From Curvularia clavata (taxonomy: Eukaryota), in assembly GCA_023920165.1 (NCBI GenBank), contig CP089281.1, forward strand, positions 1,116,001 through 1,180,000: a DNA stretch of 64,000 nucleotides, in the 5' to 3' direction. Positions 27,730 through 40,284 of the stretch are shown here, one piece after another; positions within the stretch are counted from its first letter, which is position 1; the number at the start of each line of letters is the position of its first letter. Below the pieces are notes generated by a model. That model worked only from the letters and a program-made list of their open reading frames with translations. It ran no database searches and was not told the origin of the DNA. The translations under genes and the position numbers were made by a program.

Positions 27730-28451
27730 ATGTCATTAGCACAAGCAACAAAAGGCGATATGCCCTACCAAGTGCGCTCCCTTGTACGTATCCGCACCAC
27801 GACAGTTCATGAAGCATCCCCACGTTACCGGAGCCACCATACAGCACTGCTGCCCTGCACCTGTATCGCTCACAATGAGCCTTGTAACAGCCATGCGATC
27901 CATCGTTCGCGTACTACGCATGGCTGTCTTGCAGTATGGAGAGCAACCGCTAACTCGTGCCATGCATAGTATCGGTCGTTGTTGCGCCAGGGCAATCAAT
28001 TTGCTGCCTACAATTTCCGCGAATACGCCAAAAGGAGAACGCGCGATGCGTTTCGCGACAACAAGAACATAACAGATGAGCGGACCATACAGGAGCTAGT
28101 ACAAAAGGGCCTGAGCGAGCTGCAGATGTTGAAGGTGAGTTCATAACCCAGAGGGTGATTGTGATGTGGGGCAGGCAGTATAGCAGCACCTACAATTGGA
28201 AGCCAATACAGAACAAAGCACAGATAATAGGACTGGTTGCATTGGGAGCGATGGGTATTGGCGCGCAGTACGGGACATAGTAACAGGAGGCGACGTACGA
28301 TAGGACTTACGCTGACGCAAATCTACAGAGGCAAACCGTCATAAGCCAATTCTACCAGATCGATCGCCTCGTGGTGGAAGGCGGCAAGGAAGGCAAGCAA
28401 AAAGGAGACAACAGCGATATCGTCAGGGTGAAGGACCAGGGATGGGATTAA
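27730..28451 (+). CDS. isd11: Isd11/LYRM4, mitochondrial cysteine desulfurase accessory protein, 113 aa; exons 27730-27783, 27970-28134, 28329-28451
   Basis: Spliced product [50 protein letters not shown]...[30 protein letters not shown]...GWD*. Canonical GTACGT/TAG and GTGAGT/CAG sites with GCTAAC and GCTGAC branch points. Confidence 0.93.
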
Positions 28452-29093
28452 GCATAGGAAGAAAAAGATAGGATGTTGACGATGAGACGAAACGATATTG
28501 TACCAACATTGCGGAAGTCGCGAGAGAGAAAGCGACTGTGAATAGTCATGTTGGATTGAAAAATAACCTCGCAAGAACGAATTAACTGTATTATATGGGG
28601 ATTGCAGCTCGACTCTCTAGGATGGAGTGATGGGAACATACAAAGCCTATTCATACGTTTTCCAGCTTCAGTATGCTCCTGCTGATGAACCTCGTCTTTG
28701 TTGTCATTTCTTGGTTTGTGCTAGGATAATGCTCGCCTTAGGGTGTATACATGCTGCCTCCAACTGTCGAATGCTTCAGAGCACTTCTGTATTTACGTAT
28801 CTTGGGGCAACTACCTTGAAGTGACATATCCGTGAGCCTGATATATCTTCGCCAGTCGTTGTGACAAATGCACTAGGGCTGTCGAGAAATATTGAAAGAT
28901 GTTTGATACATTGACTATTCGCCATCCAATTGTTGAGAATCGCGAGCACACCAGATTTGGTTAGTAGCGCACGGTTGCACCTCCAAGTCGCAAACCGACG
29001 CGCTTCCCCTTCACGCATCGCGACTTCCCGCCGCATTGCGCCAACATCAATATCATCTTCACCGCCTGCACGTTGACGCAGTCGCATATCACT

Positions 29094-31159
29094 ATGGCTC
29101 CGGTACGTAACCTCTTCATGTTATTGGTAGATCTGCATTGCACCTTTGCCTTCGCGAGCTCGCATATTCCCGCACTTGGACGCGCGCTCAAGGCGCTATG
29201 CTTGAAGTGCGCATCGCATTCGGCATCATTGTGTCTCCATCTCCAAAGCAACATCATATATCAAGGCGCGTGAGACATGGAGGAAACCCCGCACTTCGTT
29301 TTAAAGAATCATCAATGAGTGATGACGATTGGAAACCGAATGCAGGGTCCTCTGTTGTACTGGTACATGATTTACCCACAATCGCGCACCACTCCACCAC
29401 AGCAGACAAACTCCTTTCCACTATGCAGTGTACCAAGCGTCTCTGTTCCCTCTGCTCCATCATGCTAACATCACGTGACTAGTTTCGGAACAGGGACCGC
29501 TCCAACAGGTCAGGACGTGGGCAGATAGAGCACAATGTTCTAGAAGGGCTTCCCATTACCCAATATCGGGAAGCTGAAATTACTATTGAGCCGCACTCTG
29601 CGGAAAACAAACCCTTGGATAAAGATGCCTGGCCCGAACTACCCATGCCTCGGGATTCTCATATGCTACCAGAACACTCTCAACAACTGCTTCGTGCTGC
29701 TCGGTCTGGAAAGCTTTATAAACCACCAGCACCACCGGAAGAAGACAATGAAATGAAGGACGAGGAAGAAGAAACTAAAGAGATCCGCACTGGATTCACG
29801 ATTAAGAAGTATGTCAAGGTAGCACGCCACCTGGAAGGTCCAGAGCCAGAATATCTTGCCAAGAGAAGAAAAGGCCTCCCGTCGCCATACGTTAGCACTC
29901 AAGTCGCCCAGCCTGCATTACGCGAAACGAAGGTCAAGAAGCTGGATGCAGAGGGCAACGTAGCTGTTTACAAGGTGCTCGTACCTGAAGGACAGTCAGT
30001 GGAAGGTGAAGTTCAACCTACAGATGCTGCCATTGAAGTCGCGCCTGCTACTGCTGCGCCTGGAACCGTCGTCGAGGGTATTGGTGTGGTGAACGCCGAA
30101 GGTATCGTCGTAGCCAAAGACATTGTGCAACAGACGCCGCCCAGGAGACGACCACCTCCTCCAAAGAAGGTCAAGCGTGGCGGTCCAGGCAGAGGCAAGA
30201 AGAAGGTGGTGTTTGCTGAAGGTTCAGCAGAACAAGGAACGCCTGCATCGACTTCTGGCGGCGATATGCTCGAAGTTCCTGGCGTCAAACGAGAAGAGGG
30301 ATCAGTAGCACCTTCAGACGGGGGAGACACACCAATGGCCGATGCCGGCGGCAATGAAGAGGAGGGCTCCGGTGAGGAGGGTTCTGAAGACGAGGATCAT
30401 GATATGGAACGTACCTCGACTCCTGCAACTCCTGCGACTCCTCTGCGATCAACAGCACCGCCCAGCACATCCGCGATGGACATTTCAGATACTCCCGAGG
30501 CCACACCCAGTGCACCGGTTGTGGAATCTTCTATAATTGTTCCAACAGAAACATCAACAGAAGCTCCTACTGGATCTCTTGTCGAGACTCCTACAGAGAC
30601 CGCTATGGAAACAACACAGCCCGCAGAGACCACCAACGAGCCATCGCATAGTATTGACGAGACTGAGAAAGCGACCGTACAGACTGCAACACCCGAGACG
30701 GCCCAAGAAGCCCCAGGACGTGATAAGTCAAGCTCTCCAGACATGCCATTGTCTTCTATATCTCACAGTCGTCAAAACTCGCTCAACGATGTGCCAGCGG
30801 CTGTAACTGCCACTGAAATTGCCGTTCCCGAAGATATCCCGAGCGAAGTCCCGGCTCCCACGGTCGAAGCGGATGCTGCACCAGCACCGCCCGTCGCATC
30901 TGAACCTGGACCTGCGGCCGAGCCCGTCCCCGAATCTGCCCCCGAACCCGTGCCCGTACCTGCCTCTGAGCCTGTCCCGGAATCTGTTCCGGAGACTGCG
31001 CCAGAACCAGCTCCGGAGCCGGCACAAGAGCCGGCAGCGAAAACTGAGCCTGAGCAAACGCTACCTGACGCTCCTTCTCCGCAAGCTTCTGAACCAGATC
31101 TCATGGGAAGTCTGGAGGCACAGCTTGAAAAGGATAATGACGACATGAACAAGGCATAG
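29094..31159 (+). CDS. Fungal hypothetical protein, acidic and Pro/Glu/Thr-rich, with basic NLS-like patch; exons 29094-29102, 29483-31159
   Basis: The 514-aa ORF extends in frame to an acceptor at 29482 (GCTAAC..TAG), giving FRNRDRSNRSGRGQIEH. The phase-compatible start I found is ATG GCT CCG|GTACGT at 29094. Contains WPELPMPRDSHML and PPPKKVKRGGPGRGKKK. Confidence 0.8.
30895..31060 (+). repeat. Degenerate coding repeat of (E/P/A/V/S) PEP-type units
   Basis: Translation EPVPESAPEPVPVPASEPVPESVPETAPEPAPEPAQEP. Confidence 0.65.
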
Positions 31160-31863
31160 AATGGCAAAAACATGCAGTTGGTTCTTCTATCTTTGCCTTT
31201 TTCGACCTGAGTCGCAAACACTAGGTTTGATTGCAATTGAGAAAAGATACTTCGAGTCTTGACGGGGGTTATGAGTTGCTGCATTCGTTGCATAGTAAAC
31301 ACGATCTCAGCAATGAGTTGCGAACATTGGTAAATGGCTCCAAAGATGCTGGCTGATTGACTGAAGAAACCACTTATTCTTCGAGTCTTCTCATCTGTAT
31401 TGCTTGTTTTTCTTTTTGGATATTCATGTTCTCTCAGGCGTTTTTGATCTTGTTTAGCTGAAGTTTTGCTCGCTGTTGTATTAGTACGAACGAATGATAC
31501 AGAAACCTCATCATATCCATTGCTCTGGCATTGCTTCTTCACTTCAAACAGTGCGCATCTACCACTATCTTTATCGCATTTATCGAGTCTGCGTGATGGT
31601 ACCTTCCGAATGGAGATTCGCATGTGTTGTCAAGAAGGTGTACACTACCCCTCATCACCAGAGCAGTACGTCATATTCAGAGTTGCCCATCGGGAAACCC
31701 CTCGCAACCTTACTTCTTTCAACTAGCGCGACAGTGATACGCATGTCGAGCCGAAACCACCTGCCTTTTGGTCTGGGTATATAAAAGCCGTATGTACTCA
31801 ACAAATTAGCAGATTGCGCAGGGACGACTTTTTCTAGCAAGATTCTGCTTTGTTACAGCCATT

Positions 31864-33296
31864 ATGCCTTCCATAAGCGAAATTGTAAAAGCCAACCATC
31901 CAGACTTGAGTTCATACGAAGAGCTGTGTTAGCGTAGACACCCTTATCGCGTCTAAGTAATTGCTGACAATCTATCAGATAAATGGTTTCACACACATCC
32001 TGAATTATCTTTCCAAGAAAAGAATACCGCGGAAGCCATTGTCAAGCATCTCAAGACCTTTAATGTATTCGAAATTCACTCTTCCATTGGCGGCCACGGG
32101 ATCGCCGCTACTTTCTCCAACGGCCCAGGAAAGACCATCCTTTTACGCGCTGATATCGATGCTCTGCCCGTTGAAGAAAAGACAGGACTGCAATACGCCA
32201 GTAAGGCGCGCATGAAGGATGTTGATGGTGTCGAGAAGCCAGTCATGCATGCCTGTGGGCATGACATGCATATCACTGCACTGCTCGCGGCCGCAGACTG
32301 CCTGGTCAAATGCAAGGATCAATGGAGTGGCGAATTGATATTGGTATTCCAGCCCGCTGAAGAGAGAGCAGGTGGTGCTCAGAACATGGTGTAAGTGTAG
32401 AAAAGACCTACAACATTTCGTGAAGATACTGATGAAACGTAGAGACGATGGCCTTTATAAAAAGGTCAGAGAACCCGATGTCGTTGTTGGAGCGCATGTC
32501 ATGCCCGAAAGAGCCGGAGTGATTGGTACAAAGCGTGGTCTTATTGCTAGCTCAGCAGACAGGTTCCAGTGCGTGAGACGTCTTTCCACTTATTTTTCGA
32601 TGCGACTGGGAGCTGACCGCACGTAGACTCCGCATCCCGGGTCGCCAAGCCCATGCTTCCATGCCCCATCGAGGTCTCGACCCAATTGTTCAAGCAGCTT
32701 CTACAATCATGCGTCTCCAATCGATTGTATCGCGCGAGGTTGACCCCCTAGACTTCGCCGTCGTAACCGTCTCCGCCATCAACGCAGGCGATGCTGAGAA
32801 CATTATCCCCTCAGAAGCCAACCTGAAAATCGACGTGCGTGCAGGCCTACCAAAGACACGTCAACGTGTCCTGGCAAGCGTAAAGCGCATCATAGCTGCA
32901 GAAGCTGAGGCTTCCAACAATCCCGAGCAGCCCACTCTAACACCAACAACGCAATTCCCACTGCTATTCAACGACGATGGCGTCACAGAAGCGCTGGAGA
33001 AATCCTTCTCTGAGCACTTTGCGCCAGGGAAGACGGGGTACCAAAGTGACATCGCCAGACTCCAAGGAAGTGAAGACTTTGGTATCCTGGCCACGGCAAT
33101 TGGAAAGCCAAGTTGCTTCTTTTTGTACGGAGGCACAGATCCGAAGCTGTGGGATAAGGCAGAAGAAGACGATAGGTTGAGTGAAGACATCCCAGGCAAC
33201 CACAGCCCCTTCTTTGCACCCGTGATTCAGCCCACGCTTACTTGCGGTATGGAGGGGTATGTTGTTGCGGCGTTGACTTTCTTGGGGAAGAAATAG
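31864..33296 (+). CDS. M20D amidohydrolase (hippurate hydrolase/aminoacylase-like); exons 31864-31927, 31979-32390, 32443-32568, 32627-33296
   Basis: Spliced product contains HTHPELSFQE, LLRADIDALP, MHACGHDMH, FQPAEE, GRQAHASMPH, GSEDF and PGNHSPFF; three GT-AG introns keep the frame. Confidence 0.9.
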
Positions 33297-34084
33297 GACA
33301 TCGAGGGAGTCCGGGCCTAAATCAGGATGAGGGAGTTCTCCTCCCGCGAACAAGGAGGAGTCTAGGCCTTAATTACGAGACAGTTCTCCTGCTGCAAACT
33401 AAATCGAGGAAGTGTGATGTGAAGTATATGGATTAAGGCTGGGAGGGGTATTGAGAGTGGGTGGGGGAGTATATGCAGAGATAAGTTGGCACTCATCAGA
33501 TTAGGACGTATTCTGAGGTGTTAAAGTTTTTCAATTGAATTGTATAAAGTTGGAAGTGATTTTCATTTAAGTCTGTTATTAGAGATATTCTGTTTAGCCG
33601 AGCGAACACGTGCCTGTATTGAAAGAATGTTTGTACCTTTGCGATGTGTGCGGCACTGATTAAGTCTAGAATGAGTATAGTCTCTGGTTGGTTACTCTTT
33701 GATTAACGGTTAGAGTCGTTGCGACGCCAATGTACATGCATGACTGAGTTTGATTAACTAAGATCTACTGGTGTTTGCCTTGAGTGGCCAATAGCTGAAA
33801 AGTGCATTTGATCAGAGCTAGTTGGTGTAGATTCTGTAATTGATTGTGTTGATTGATCTAGAGATGTCCACTTATCTAGCTCGTAACTCTGAACGCTGAA
33901 AAAGTGCGTTTTATTAGAGTAAATGAATGCAGCTCTATGTCAACTTAGTTCAGTGCGCTAAGAAAAAATTGATTTCATCACAAGCAAAAGTAATTCAGCA
34001 TGTGCCAGATTAACAGTATGATTCCATTGCTCCCTTTCGCGCCGTGCTACTCAGTGATGCTGACGAAATAAAAAGACATGTACA

Positions 34085-36309
34085 TCATGCACCCCTTCTT
34101 ACGTTTGTGCTCATGAGTGTAATCTTCTTTCCCTTCTTCTTCTTGCCACCGCCCTTCTTGGGCATTTCCTCCCCCTCAGCGAGTGACATGGCCTGAGCCT
34201 GGGCAATCATGTCTTCCTCGCCGAGCAGATCCTTCTCCCAGCCTTGCAGCCAACCATCATCACCGTCATGATGATCATGCGGAGCCAAGACAGGAGATGC
34301 TCCAGGAACAACTGCAGTACCCCAGACAGTCCGGGGTGCTGATGGGCTTGTAGAAGGAGAGGCTAACGAAGCAAATCCATCGCCACTCCGTGGAGGCCAG
34401 GGAGGTGATGTTGAAGTGTGATCGCCATCCATAGCAGGTTGTGCATCAGTTGCACTTCCCGATGCTAATGGTTGGAAGTCATCTGCTGAGAAGCGCTCCG
34501 TGATACTTGGCCGTCTCCTGCGTGCCGATGCAAACTCAGCGTACTCAGCCTTCTCCGCACGTTGCCGCGCTTTCTCCTCCTTTGTCTCCTTCTCTGTATG
34601 CTTCTTGCGTCGCCTTTCGATTTCTGGTCTGAATCGTTCCAGAATCTCGGGAGCAACCGTATCGGTCCAATCGCACTCAAGGAAACCCACCTCGCAACCG
34701 TAGGGTAGATGAGCCAAATATTTTGTGCGTTTCCGCAATTCGTCATCTACTACATGGCCAGTGGAGACATGCTCTACTCGAGGTAGGATAGTGGATGGGA
34801 AAGAAGCGAAATTCCCAAAGGCAGCTTTGAGAATGCGGATGTCCAATGGCGAAAGATAATAGTGTAGTAATGCTTGATAAAAGTAGTATTCAGAAGGCGT
34901 TTTGTGATGTTCGTGGTGTTGTCGGTTGCGTAGCTCAGCGAGAGTCAATGATATACCATGGCTAGTCGCGGACGAATGCGACGAGATGGACATGGTCCGA
35001 TCTTTGGCTGTTGGAGCTTCGGATTCCGGGACGGGTTGGGGTGTGAAATCTTGGCCCGACTTGGACGCGTTTTGGACGTGGTACATTTCAGGTGCCGCCC
35101 CTTCATCATCAAACACGATCGGGGCTCTCTTCATCTTGGGTTCTGTAGGCTTAGCAGGCTCCTCGGGAGGGTTCCCAATGCCTTTGAATTTCTCTTTGAG
35201 TTCTCGGATGTTCCGTATCGCTCTCCTTGTCCATTCCATGCTGTCCTCGGCAAACATGACCTCATCCTCCTTGCCCTGCTGCTCGAGCTTGACGATCTCT
35301 TGATCGAGCTGCTCAAGCATATAGTCCTCACCACCTCGCATTACGCGAGCATAGTCGGTGACCTCGGCCGCGTGGTACCAAGGTATGTCTTGGTCCTTGG
35401 GTAGAGCATCGGCACCGTCACGGGGCATAGCCAAGGTGCTTCCAGCTGACCTGACCACCAAACGCAGAACAACATCGGCGCCCTCTCTCGGAGCCTCGCC
35501 CTCTTGGCCGGTGTACCACCGGACGGGCCTGGTCTCCGAGGCATATATGGTGTCGAAGCACAGTGGGCACTTCTTAGATCGGGCCTTCTTCTCGGGCGCC
35601 TTGCTGTCGTCTTCAGAGTGCATGTAGCGAATGAGACAGGGAAGACAAAAGATGTGGCCACACTTGGCCATCCTCGGGGCTACCGGAGTCCCGAGGCAGA
35701 TGGGACAAGAGGCTTCCTGGGAAATCTCTGACACCAATATCTGCATGACATTATTCCAGTCCAAGTGGATATCGGCGTCGACACTCTGGGCGCGATAATC
35801 GCCGCGAGGGTCGACAATGAAGCGGTAGTTGGCGTGGACGTATCTTGGGGCAAGTTAGTTGAGCCACACTGAAGAGACGAGGGGAAGAGCACTTGCCTGG
35901 CCTTATCGACGGCATGGTAGCCTGATCCCAGACCCCATGTGGGGTTGCGCCGGTAGTTTCTCCCATGGCCGTGCGACTGGTGGTGGTTGGTTGGGCGTGG
36001 TGGGAGGCTGAAGTTCATCAAGTGGGTGATGGACGTCTGGCCCTTCCTGTTACTGAATGGGCGCATGGCGAGGGATTCGGCAATGGCATCCTCGTCTGTG
36101 TGTCGAAAGCGCTTGGAGCCCTTGTGCTGCTTCTTTTGCTGCTGGCTGTTGCGAGGCGTAGGGGCGGATCGCGCCGAGGGCCCGCTGCCCCGCGGCTGGG
36201 CAAAGAAGCTGCTGGTGCTGATGGATGGAGCCTGGTTCTGGGCGGGAGAAGCAGGGCCCGAGGGAACAGAAGCCTTGGACGAGGACGGGGCGGGCGGGTT
36301 GCTAGACAT
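34085..36309 (-). CDS. mag2: C3HC4 RING E3 ubiquitin ligase, Mag2/RNF10 family; exons 36309-35897, 35843-34085
   Basis: SITHLMNF, VDKARYVHANYRFIV, RING CPIC..CGHIFCLPC..CPLC, YYFYQ, LSPLDIRIL, LRKRTKYLAHLP and C-terminal KKKKGKKITLMST; the frame is restored by a 53-nt GCAAGT..ACTAAC..AAG intron. Confidence 0.88.
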
Positions 36310-37231
36310 GACTCCCAGCTAAGGGCTCACGGCAGCGCGATAGCGGCAACGACACGCCGACGGCGACGATGACGTTGACAAGCGACGAGGAAAATAAATG
36401 AAGGTCGGCAGGCGTCGATGCAGCGAGACGCGACGGGACGGGACGAAACGGAGTATATGGGGCGCTGTAAAGGGGTGGTTTGGGGCGAGTTGGGGGTCCC
36501 CAGAAGGGTACTTGGTCGGGGACAAGAGACAGAAGGTGGAGTGGCGGATCGAGACGGCGGCCTTGATGACGAACTGGACGGTCACGTTACTTGCCCCCAT
36601 ACATACCATCACTGCATACAAGTACTACATTTCTCAGCGACTGCAATTGCGTTTCTTCTGGCACTGCATCGGGTCGCTGAACAAGACCGGGTCTTTTTGA
36701 ATTGCATCGCCTGCCATTGGCTTTGCACGATATCTGCTGCTTTGTCGCACATTTCTTTCAACTCGTCTGGCCGGCGTCTGGCTGAGGGCGCTCTAACGTC
36801 TCCGCACAGACTCGACGGCCCTTCCGCTGTTCGTTTCGAGCTTCTTCCATTGCCCGCCAAGACCAACCCCAACACCACCGACTGCTCTCCTCGACCACCA
36901 CCGCCATCCCCGCTCACCATCCGCCCTCACCCTCCGCACGTGTCTCCCTCTTGTCGCGGGCAGCCTCTGCTGCGCTCATGTCGTCGTGATACCATGACCC
37001 CGCGATTGTCGACTCGCCCATCCGCACCGCATCCCTCGCCCACGCCCGTCGCGCGACCCTGCTCCGCATCCGAATAAATATAATCCAACCCACCATCCGC
37101 GCGCCTCACCCGCACCCGCACCCGCGACCGCCAACCATCGCCCCATCGCCTCTCCGCCCCGTTGCCTCACAAGTTGGCTGCTTGCTTCCTGGCCAGCGCC
37201 GACTGTCGAGGCAACACCGCGCCCAGCCCTC
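36310..37231. promoter_or_regulatory. Divergent (candidate bidirectional) promoter region between mag2 and ubp3
   Basis: 922 bp between the two outward-facing ATGs; strand composition flips from G-rich to C-rich on + around 36600-36800, as expected for two pyrimidine-rich leaders. Confidence 0.6.
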
Positions 37232-39937
37232 ATGATGCCCGGCCCTTATATGCCTGGGAGGAGGCAGGCCGAGCAGCAGTACTACCATCACCACATTCCG
37301 CCCCAGACACACTCGCCAGTTCACCACAACCCTTACGCCGCGCCCTATCACCATCTGCAGCAGTATGGGCCCCCTCACGGATACCCCCAGCACATGCAGC
37401 CCATGCAGCAATGGTATCCCTACCAGCAACCGCCGCCCCCGCCCCAGTATGCCATGCCTCCGCGTCAGTTCCAGCCTCAGCCTCATGCCTCGCCTGTCGT
37501 AGTCTCCTCGCATCTGCACATGGCCCCTCCAGTCAACCGCCAGATGGGCCAAACACCGCCTATTGTTCATTCACGCACGCCACCAGCCCCTCGCATGCCT
37601 ACCCCTCAACAGGCGCCTTCGACTCCTTCAGTCCAGCCCCAGCCGTATATGCCTACTTCGACACCACAGCCAACCGCCACTGTCGACAGCCCCGTATCGG
37701 TAGCTGAGTCAAAGCCTACGCCACCAGCCCCGACCACCCCGCAGTCCATCACTTTCAAGCCCTTCTATCCGCCTCTGCCCTGGCTATCTGTGCCCGAGTC
37801 GGACTTCCCAGCTCGTGCTTCGCGTGGAAGAAGACGGAGAAGGGTCCCCGTGTCTACCGAAGAGCAGGCTTTGGCCCTGCCTTCGCGCGAACAGGCTCTC
37901 GAGCAGGATACTCTGAATGAGACTGCTGAAGACACAGAGGGCGACAGGACTCCGACCGAAGGACCAGAAGAGTCTCAGGCATCTACCGTTGCTGGCCCGT
38001 CCGATGCTGAGGTCGATACCCCCTCTACCTCGCACCCACCTTCAGAAGTCGATTTGGCCCAGTCTTCGACTCCATCTACTGCGACGCCATCAGGTTCACA
38101 ACAAGCTACCCAGGCCACGGCTATAGCCAAGAAGCATGGTCGCAACCCCACCATACCCGCCGTGCCCCGCGTCCCAATCAAACCTGCAAAGGCGTCAAGC
38201 GCAGCTTCTACTACACAGCAATCTCTCAAGTCACCAGCTGCAGCCCAGCCAGAGTTGTCGCAGATTGACGATGCCACCACCAAGACGGATGAAGCCGCTC
38301 CAGATGCTGAAGAAAAGCCTAAGCCTGCCGCACCAAAATCATGGGCAGAGTTGTTGAGGGCAAAGAATGCTACCAAAGCAGCCCAACAGGTTGCACCACC
38401 AACCAATACGGCGCCGGCTACCAATGGCCCCGTTGTACAAAAGAGTAATACCCTTGCAGACGTCCTGGCATCCTTCTCCGTCGACTCGGAGAAGAAGGTC
38501 TCCTTTATTGAACCACGTGGTCTTGTCAATTCGGGTAATCTGTGTTATATGAATTCTGTATGTCCTGCCCCTTTCGTCATCACGCGTACCTCACTAAACC
38601 GCCACTAGATTCTTCAAGTACTTCTTTTCTGCGTCCCATTTTACGATTTCCTTGACCAGGTCGCCAAACGTGCTGTTCACAGTTTCAAGTCCGAGACGCC
38701 TCTTATAGACGCCATGATCATGTTCTTGCGCGATTTCAAGCTCATTGATTCTGCCGCTACTGTTGAACAGCTTCGTCTACGACTGAAGAGTAACGATATC
38801 GAGCAGTACGGCGACCCTCTGGCCCCAGAGTACGTGTACGACGTCATCAAACGGCTCCCTCGCTTCGATAATATGAAGAGAGGCCAGCAAGAAGACGCCG
38901 AGGAATTCTTGGGTTTCCTGCTCGCTGGCCTACACGATGAGTGTGTTCAAATAATCAAGAGCGGAAGGCAAAATCAGCCTGCGGGTACTGCCACTTCCGA
39001 TAACAGCGAGCAATCAGGCGCTGTTGACAGTGGCTGGGAGGAGGTTGGTCACAAACAGAAGACAGCCGTCACTCAAAACTCTGGAGCTATTGATGTCGAA
39101 AGCCCCATCACCAAAATCTTTGGTGGCAAGCTGCGCTCTGAGTACAAGAGGCCGGGCGAGAAGGCTTCGGTCACACTTGAGCCGTACCAACCGCTCCAGC
39201 TTGACATCGGCGAGCCAAACATCAACAACATTTCGGATGCCCTCAAGAATCTGACACGCCTAGAAACGCTTGATGGCGCCGCTCGTGGTGCCAAGGCATC
39301 GACGAAACAAGTGCATATCGAGTCACTCCCACCCGTCTTGATACTCCACCTAAAGCGTTTTCACTATGATGAGAAGGGACCCCAGAAGATTTGGAAGAAG
39401 ATTGGGTACCCACTCGAGCTGGAACTACCTAAAGAGGTGTTCCCACCACACAAGCGGGGAAGCTACCAGGTCCAAGGCGGCTTCCCTCGGTACAGGCTCA
39501 CTGGTGTTGTTTACCACCACGGCAAGAATGCCAGTGGTGGTCACTACACTGTCGACCTGCGACGCCAGGAAGGAAAAGAATGGATCCGTATGGATGACAC
39601 CATCATCCGCCGCATCCGCGCTGAAGAAGTCGCCGAGGGTGGTGCTGAAGAAGACCCCAAGGTCTTGGCCGCCGCCCTTGAGCAACACAAATCCGATGCT
39701 GGGAAGAACAAGAACTTCTTTGCCCAGATCGATATTGACGAGGAGGAGCCTGACAAGGGTGGCTGGAATCAGGTTAATGGCTCAGACAAACAGAAGGACG
39801 GTAGCAAGAAGTGGAGTGGTATCGTCAACGGCGCAGCAACCCCTAATTCCACCGGCAAGCGGACACCACTTCCAAAGGAAAATGTGCGCGACAACAAGGT
39901 GGCATACATCCTGTTCTACCAGCGCATTGAACCCTGA
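37232..39937 (+). CDS. ubp3: Ubiquitin-specific protease Ubp3/USP10 family (peptidase C19); exons 37232-38557, 38609-39937
   Basis: Long P/Q-rich N-terminus, PKSWAELL motif, Cys box EPRGLVNSGNLCYMNSILQ (across intron 38558-38608), GQQEDAEEFL, SPITKIFGG, LPPVLILHLKRF, His box YHHGKNASGGHY, AYILFYQR. Confidence 0.9.
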
Positions 39938-40284
39938 GATGAATGAGGAATGCATTGCGGTGGACGAGTTCAACACAATATGATTTCAAGAGCCATCTTG
40001 TAATGACATGGGAGAAAACTAAAATAATAGAACAAGGAAGAAGAGGGGGGGAGCCAGACGTGAATGATTATGACGCAGTCATGAACAGTCGCGACTACCA
40101 AGCATCGCTTCGGTGCGGTGCACAAAAGAGTTGGCCAAAAGTATTTCGTGTCGGTTGATACCCTTGTGGGTGTTGGGATAGCACGAATGATGATGATAAA
40201 ACTTCACCTTGTTTGGCATATTATTTTGCATGTGATGCTCTTGTCTTGTCGCACTGTACTCAAATGGCCAAATCTCCTGGCGTG

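Noticed and set aside
29319..29482. Box C-like GTGATGA in the long intron as a C/D snoRNA
   Set aside because: No box D (CTGA) downstream within the intron.
30772..31623. 283-aa minus-strand ORF with G/S/A/T repeats
   Set aside because: Antisense of the PEP-repeat region plus 3' flank; no independent coding signal.
33400..34080. AT-rich spacer as a RIP-degraded transposon
   Set aside because: No terminal repeats or transposase remnants seen; consistent with convergent 3' UTR/terminator DNA.
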